Shown piece by piece: positions 59,191-64,000 of a DNA stretch of 64,000 bases (positions within the stretch are counted from its first letter, which is position 1; each line of letters starts with the position of its first letter). Origin of the DNA: an uncultured Gammaproteobacteria bacterium (GTDB lineage Bacteria > Patescibacteriota > Microgenomatia > UBA10105); assembly GCA_964387625.1 (NCBI GenBank), contig CAYLWN010000001.1, positions 35,560 through 99,559 of the forward strand, in the 5' to 3' direction. Below the pieces are notes generated by a model that had not been told where the DNA came from, made no database searches, and worked only from the letters and a program-made list of their open reading frames with translations. The translations under genes were made by a program, and so were the position numbers.

Positions 59191-60855
59191 ATGTATAAGA
59201 AAATTACCGTTTTCATAATTTGTTTAAGCGTAATTTTACTGTATATGTCTCCATATATAATTTTGGGAGAAAAATCCTATCTACCGATTAACGACAATTT
59301 AGATGGGCCTTTTATAGATTATGTTTTACTGTCAAGAAGCAATAAGATTTTTTCAGGTCTTACTGCGGTTTTGCCTCAAATTGCTAACGGAATATCCAGA
59401 AATGTATTCCCTAGTGAATTTGACTTAACTTTATGGTTTTTTTATTTTTTTCCACCGTTTGCAGCTTATTTTGTTAATCTTTTACTCTATAGAATTTTAG
59501 CATTTTTTGGTATGTTTTTACTGCTTAAAAAGCATATCTTAGATAAGAAAATTAACCAGTTAATATTATTTTCAGTTTCACTGATTTTTGCGCTTTTACC
59601 ATTTTTATCATTTGGCTCGGGTTGTATAGCTTTGTTACCTTTAACTTTTTATATTTTTTTAAATATCAGGAAAAATAAATATTGTTGGTATGATTGGGTG
59701 ATACTGGGATTTATTCCACTGTATTCAAATTTACCTTTAGTTTACACATTTTTTATTTTATTTTTAGGTTTATTATGGTTGTTCGATCTAATTAAATATA
59801 AGAAGATAAATCCGATATTTGTTTATGCATTGATAACATTTTCTGTATTGTTTTTAATTAAAGAATATCGGTTAGTTTATATTACTTTTTTTGATCATAG
59901 TTATATTTCTCATCGGGTAGAATTTGTAATAATAAAAGATTCAATCTCGCAATGTTTACAAAAAACATTGGATATCTTGCATTATGGACAATATCATGCT
60001 CAAAGCAGTGCATTTCCGGTTTTAATAATTTCCTGGATTGTTGCATTTTTACATATTCGAAAAAATAAACTGAAAGCTAATTTTTATTGGACAACTGCAA
60101 TCATATTCTTTTTTGCTCTCTGTTACGGGTTTCGCGATGTCTGGTTTTGGAAAGACATTGGCAGCAAAATTACACTACTGCATGCTTTTGATATCAGTAG
60201 ATTTTTTATGTTGTTGCCCTTATTTTGGTATATAAATTGGGCATATTCATTACAAGTAATATGGCAAATCAAAAAATATGGTCAACAACTAACAGTGTTA
60301 TTAATTGCAATACAATTGATGCTTATTTTTTATAAGAATGAAATAGTGCAAGGATCAATAACATATAAAATAAATTTTAAACAATTCTTTGCAGAAGAAC
60401 TTTTTACTAAAATCAAATCTGATATCGGTGATAAAACAAACAGTTTTCGTATAGTTAGTTTGGGAATTCATCCATCAATAGCATCATATAATGGTTTTTT
60501 TACCTTAGACTTTTACCTTAACAATTATCCACTAAAGTATAAACATGAATTTCGGCAAATAATTTCTGGTGAATTGAAAAAAAACATGGAATTACAGAAA
60601 TTTTTTGATGAATGGGGGAGTCGGTGTTATTTATTTTCTCAAGATCTACCGGTTCATCCTTGGACAAAATCAATATACGAAACAATAAAAATACAAGACT
60701 TAATAATTGATACATACAAATTTAAGAGCATGGGTGGAAAATATTTATTTTCTGCTGCAGAAATTATGCATCCGGAAATTAATAACCTTAAATTTTATAA
60801 AAAATATTCAAATGTAAATTCTGCTTGGGATATTTATGTATATAAATTATTGTAG
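59191..60855 (+). CDS. DUF6044-like membrane protein (GT-C-like)
   Basis: I.DNLD, SHR.EF, GQYH, RF..L.P, RIVSLGIHPS...NGF.TLD.Y.NNYPL.YK..FR, WGSRCY. Confidence 0.72.
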   Translation: MYKKITVFIICLSVILLYMSPYIILGEKSYLPINDNLDGPFIDYVLLSRSNKIFSGLTAVLPQIANGISRNVFPSEFDLTLWFFYFFPPFAAYFVNLLLYRILAFFGMFLLLKKHILDKKINQLILFSVSLIFALLPFLSFGSGCIALLPLTFYIFLNIRKNKYCWYDWVILGFIPLYSNLPLVYTFFILFLGLLWLFDLIKYKKINPIFVYALITFSVLFLIKEYRLVYITFFDHSYISHRVEFVIIKDSISQCLQKTLDILHYGQYHAQSSAFPVLIISWIVAFLHIRKNKLKANFYWTTAIIFFFALCYGFRDVWFWKDIGSKITLLHAFDISRFFMLLPLFWYINWAYSLQVIWQIKKYGQQLTVLLIAIQLMLIFYKNEIVQGSITYKINFKQFFAEELFTKIKSDIGDKTNSFRIVSLGIHPSIASYNGFFTLDFYLNNYPLKYKHEFRQIISGELKKNMELQKFFDEWGSRCYLFSQDLPVHPWTKSIYETIKIQDLIIDTYKFKSMGGKYLFSAAEIMHPEINNLKFYKKYSNVNSAWDIYVYKLL

Positions 60856-60912
60856 GAAAATTATTAAATTTTATGTTATTATCCTAACCAATTAATAAGT
60901 TATATCATTTTT

Positions 60913-61692
60913 ATGCAAGTAATAATTCTTTGTGGTGGTTATGGAACCAGACTTCGGGAAGAAACAGAATTTAAACCGAAACCCATGGTATTTATAGGTA
61001 AAAAGCCGATTATTTGGCATATCATGAAAATATATGCTTATTATGGAATTAATGAATTCATTTTGGCGCTTGGGTACAAAGCTAATAATATTAAAGATTA
61101 TTTTCTTAATCAAAAAGCTTTTACAACTGATTTCATTCTGCATACCAGATCACACAAAACAAAATATTTTCTGGAAAATCGGACAGAAATAGATGATTTT
61201 AAGATAACCTTTGTAGATACTGGTTTAGATACTTTACCTGGAGAAAGGATTCTTCGTTGTGAAAACTATATTAGCAAAAAAGATAAACATTTTATGGTTA
61301 CTTATGGAGATGGCGTTGCAGATATAAATCTTAAAAATTTAATTAATTTTCATAATAAACAAAAAACTATCGGCACCATAATTGGTGTTCATCTCAGATC
61401 AAAATTTGGTTTGATGAATGTAAATACAAAAAATTTGGTTACAAATTTTAACGAAAAACCAGTACTGACTGACTGGGTAAACGGTGGATACATGGTATTT
61501 AACCGAGAAGCTTTTAAATATTTCCGAAACGGGGAATCTGAACATCCGGCTTTAAAACGACTAGCAAAAAAAAGAGAACTGTCGTTTTTTAAGCATACTG
61601 GATTTTGGTTTGCGGTGGACACTATTAAGGAACTGACAGAACTTAATCAAATGTGGACTATTGGAAACTGCCCTTGGAAGGTATGGAAATAG
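60913..61692 (+). CDS. rfbF: Glucose-1-phosphate cytidylyltransferase
   Basis: ILCGGYGTRLREET..KPKPMV.IG.KPIIWHIMK, VDTG, TYGDG, VNGG, GFW..VDT, PWKVW. Confidence 0.92.
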   Translation: MQVIILCGGYGTRLREETEFKPKPMVFIGKKPIIWHIMKIYAYYGINEFILALGYKANNIKDYFLNQKAFTTDFILHTRSHKTKYFLENRTEIDDFKITFVDTGLDTLPGERILRCENYISKKDKHFMVTYGDGVADINLKNLINFHNKQKTIGTIIGVHLRSKFGLMNVNTKNLVTNFNEKPVLTDWVNGGYMVFNREAFKYFRNGESEHPALKRLAKKRELSFFKHTGFWFAVDTIKELTELNQMWTIGNCPWKVWK

Positions 61693-62642
61693 TAAATAAA
61701 AACATCTTAATAACGGGAGGTGTTGGTTTTATCGGTAGTCATTTAGTTAAAGCCTTAACTGATCAAGGAATTTTTCCAATCGTATTATATCGTTCGATTG
61801 ACCTAAAAAGTTATTTTACTTTACAAAATCTAAATACCAAGACACAATTAATTTATCAAGATATAAACGATTATGCTGGTGTTTATAGAATAATAACAAA
61901 ATATAAAATTAATGTTGTTTTTCATTTAGCAGCTCAGGCTCTGGTTGAATTAGCTTATGATAACCCATTAGATACTTTATTAACAAACATAATTGGAACT
62001 GCCAATATTCTCGAAGTCTGTCGTCAAAAAGGCGATATGGATGCAATAATAGTAGCGTCATCAGACAAAGCATATGGAAAAAAAGGAAATGTTAAATATA
62101 AAGAATCTGATGCATTAGTAGGAAATCATCCTTATGAAACATCGAAAGCCAGCGCAGATCTTATAGCCCAAATGTATATAAAAACTTATAATATGCCAAT
62201 ATCCATAACAAGATTTGGAAATGTATACGGTGAAGGAGATTTGAATTTTTCAAGAATAATTCCTGGAATTATGCAGGCATTAATTAAAAAACAAACGTTA
62301 GATGTTCGTAGTAACGGTAAGTTTATTAGAGATTATATATATGTTGATGATGTTGTTAATGGATACTTATCAATAATAAAAAATTGGAATAAAATTTGTG
62401 GACAATCAATTAATTTTGGTTCAAAAGAAACATTAAGTGTAATGGAAATAGTTCAATTAGTTGAAAAGACCCTCAAATTAAAAATAAAACATAGAATACT
62501 CAATAATTCAAAAAATGAAATAAATTATCAGTCTTTAAATGATAATAAAGCCAGAAAAATACTCAAATGGCGACATAATTATAATCTTAAAAATATGCTA
62601 CCTGAAATTTATTCATGGTATAAAAACAGCTTAACCCAGTAA
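61683..62642 (+). CDS. rfbG: CDP-glucose 4,6-dehydratase-like SDR
   Basis: Likely start ATG 61683. Motifs TGG.GFIG, HLAAQALV, SSDKAY, PYETSK, R.GNVYG.GD.N.SRIIP; follows rfbF. Confidence 0.8.
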   Translation: MEIVNKNILITGGVGFIGSHLVKALTDQGIFPIVLYRSIDLKSYFTLQNLNTKTQLIYQDINDYAGVYRIITKYKINVVFHLAAQALVELAYDNPLDTLLTNIIGTANILEVCRQKGDMDAIIVASSDKAYGKKGNVKYKESDALVGNHPYETSKASADLIAQMYIKTYNMPISITRFGNVYGEGDLNFSRIIPGIMQALIKKQTLDVRSNGKFIRDYIYVDDVVNGYLSIIKNWNKICGQSINFGSKETLSVMEIVQLVEKTLKLKIKHRILNNSKNEINYQSLNDNKARKILKWRHNYNLKNMLPEIYSWYKNSLTQ

Positions 62643-62784
62643 TTATTATTTAATTTGAGTTAATATTTTAAGGGAGTGATATTCCACTTCAATAATATCT
62701 TTTTTATAAAGTACTTGTAGCTCTTTTTAAGAAATAATTATGATGTCTTGTAAATATTTATTACGATTAGGAGAATTGTTTTTA

Positions 62785-63960
62785 TCAATGAATCACTTCT
62801 TTTATTCTTCTTATGCCTTCGATTAAGTTATCTTTAGAAGTAGCGTAAGAAATTCGTAAATACCCTTCACCGTATTCTCCAAATGAGGTACCATCTAAAA
62901 GTGCGACTCCGGCTTCCTTTAAAATATAATTAGCCCACCATTTAGAGGATTTGCCTAATTTTTTAATATTAGGAAAAACATAAAAAGCCCCTTGTGGCAT
63001 GCTACAGCTGATACCTGGGATAGAATTCAGTAAATTAACTATCAGTTCTCTGCGAACCGTAAATTCTTTTAACATAGCTTTAAATTCAGTATCTGTGCCT
63101 GTTAATGCGGTTAGAGCGGCTTGTTGGGTAAATGAAGCTGTACAGCCGATAGAATGGGTCAAAAAGCTGTCAACCTTATCAATATTTGCAACTGGTACTG
63201 CCAGATAACCTATCCGCCATCCGGTCATGCTATAAGTTTTAGAAAACCCATCAATCAAAAATGTCCGGTTCTGGACGTCCTTATTAGAGTAAAAACTGTG
63301 ATATTTTTCTAATCCGTACAGAAATCGGGAATATATTTCATCGGTTAAAATCCAACAACCTATATTTTTGATTAAATCAGCAATTTCCGATAAAATTTCC
63401 ACAGGAATTATTCCTCCTGTAGGATTACTAGGAGAATTAAGAATTATCAATTTAGTTTTGGAAGATAATTTTTTTCGGAATAATTTCATGTCGAAACTAA
63501 AGTTATTTTCTTCCAAAAGCGGGATAGGAATCCCAGAACCCCCTAAAAAATTAATCAGTGAAGAATAAGTAGGAAAACCTGGATCCGGATAAATAACTTC
63601 ATCACCATGGTTAATTACCAGAGACATAGCTGTGAAAATGGCATTTTTTGCGCTGGGAGTGACTGCAATTTGCTCGGGATTAATTTCAACATTACGCGAC
63701 CGATTTAAATATTTTGCAATTTCCTGTCTTAAGGATAATATTCCTAAAGGCGGTGTATATTTGGTAAAACCTGCATTTATAGCATGGACACCGGCTTGGC
63801 TAATATTTTTGGGAGTGGAGAAATCTGGTTGGCCGATTTCTAAATGAATAATTTTCTTTCCTTGTTGTTCTAATTGCGTAGCTTTATTTAATACCGAATA
63901 TGCTCCTTCCGGTAACAAAAAACGTGTTTTATTAGTTAATAATGGCGAATTATTTGTCAT
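62785..63960 (-). CDS. aspC: Class I/II PLP aminotransferase (aspartate aminotransferase-like), probably outside the glycan locus
   Basis: IGQPDF.TP, TKY, NSPSNPTG, DEIY, FSKTYSMTGWRIG, GAFYVF, RISYA. Confidence 0.85.
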   Translation of the reverse strand: MTNNSPLLTNKTRFLLPEGAYSVLNKATQLEQQGKKIIHLEIGQPDFSTPKNISQAGVHAINAGFTKYTPPLGILSLRQEIAKYLNRSRNVEINPEQIAVTPSAKNAIFTAMSLVINHGDEVIYPDPGFPTYSSLINFLGGSGIPIPLLEENNFSFDMKLFRKKLSSKTKLIILNSPSNPTGGIIPVEILSEIADLIKNIGCWILTDEIYSRFLYGLEKYHSFYSNKDVQNRTFLIDGFSKTYSMTGWRIGYLAVPVANIDKVDSFLTHSIGCTASFTQQAALTALTGTDTEFKAMLKEFTVRRELIVNLLNSIPGISCSMPQGAFYVFPNIKKLGKSSKWWANYILKEAGVALLDGTSFGEYGEGYLRISYATSKDNLIEGIRRIKEVIH

Positions 63961-64000
63961 ATGTCTTATTTAACAAATTTGATATATATTCCGGACGGTC

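Noticed and set aside
62673-62690. Hairpin ggagtg-atattc-cacttc after rfbG as a terminator
   Set aside because: The stem is weak and the U-run is not adjacent; insufficient support.
3149-63847. Many short 60-100 aa ORFs in the track (e.g. 7068, 17657, 20102, 38274, 40501, 54300, 62999)
   Set aside because: They lie antisense to or inside well-supported genes and have no motifs; these are shadow ORFs.
1-64000. CRISPR arrays, tRNA/rRNA, IS elements, alternative genetic code
   Set aside because: I saw no periodic repeats, structured GC-rich RNA segments or transposases by eye. TGA ends full-length proteins (pseI, hisH, pseB), consistent with code 11.

Overview
Almost the whole window is one very large, AT-rich surface-glycan locus of about 56 genes, followed by an unrelated class I/II aminotransferase at the right edge. 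It encodes GT2/GT4/CgeB-type glycosyltransferases, about ten polytopic GT-C-like membrane proteins, a Wzx flippase and a Wzm/Wzt ABC exporter. A heavily tailored pseudaminic-acid-type pathway comprises PseB/C/H/I, a SpsF-type cytidylyltransferase, a WbuX-HisF-HisH amidotransferase trio, a formyltransferase, an oxidoreductase and a class III aminotransferase. Other enzymes include two NDP-sugar C-methyltransferases, a TylF O-methyltransferase, CDP-glucose enzymes, and Ugd-, Uxs-, Glf- and RmlD-like proteins. The locus switches strand 17 times, has overlapping convergent gene ends, and has -10 boxes placed as for leaderless mRNAs. These traits suggest a Patescibacteria/CPR (Microgenomates-like) genome, but that is inference. 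The best candidates for undescribed systems are (i) a nonulosonic acid pathway that could make an 8-amino/formyl/amidino sugar, (ii) an Arn-like five-gene amino-sugar transfer cassette, and (iii) a dispersed CDP-linked branched-sugar pathway. I saw no rRNA, tRNA, CRISPR or mobile element. All functional calls come from motifs read by eye, not from database searches.
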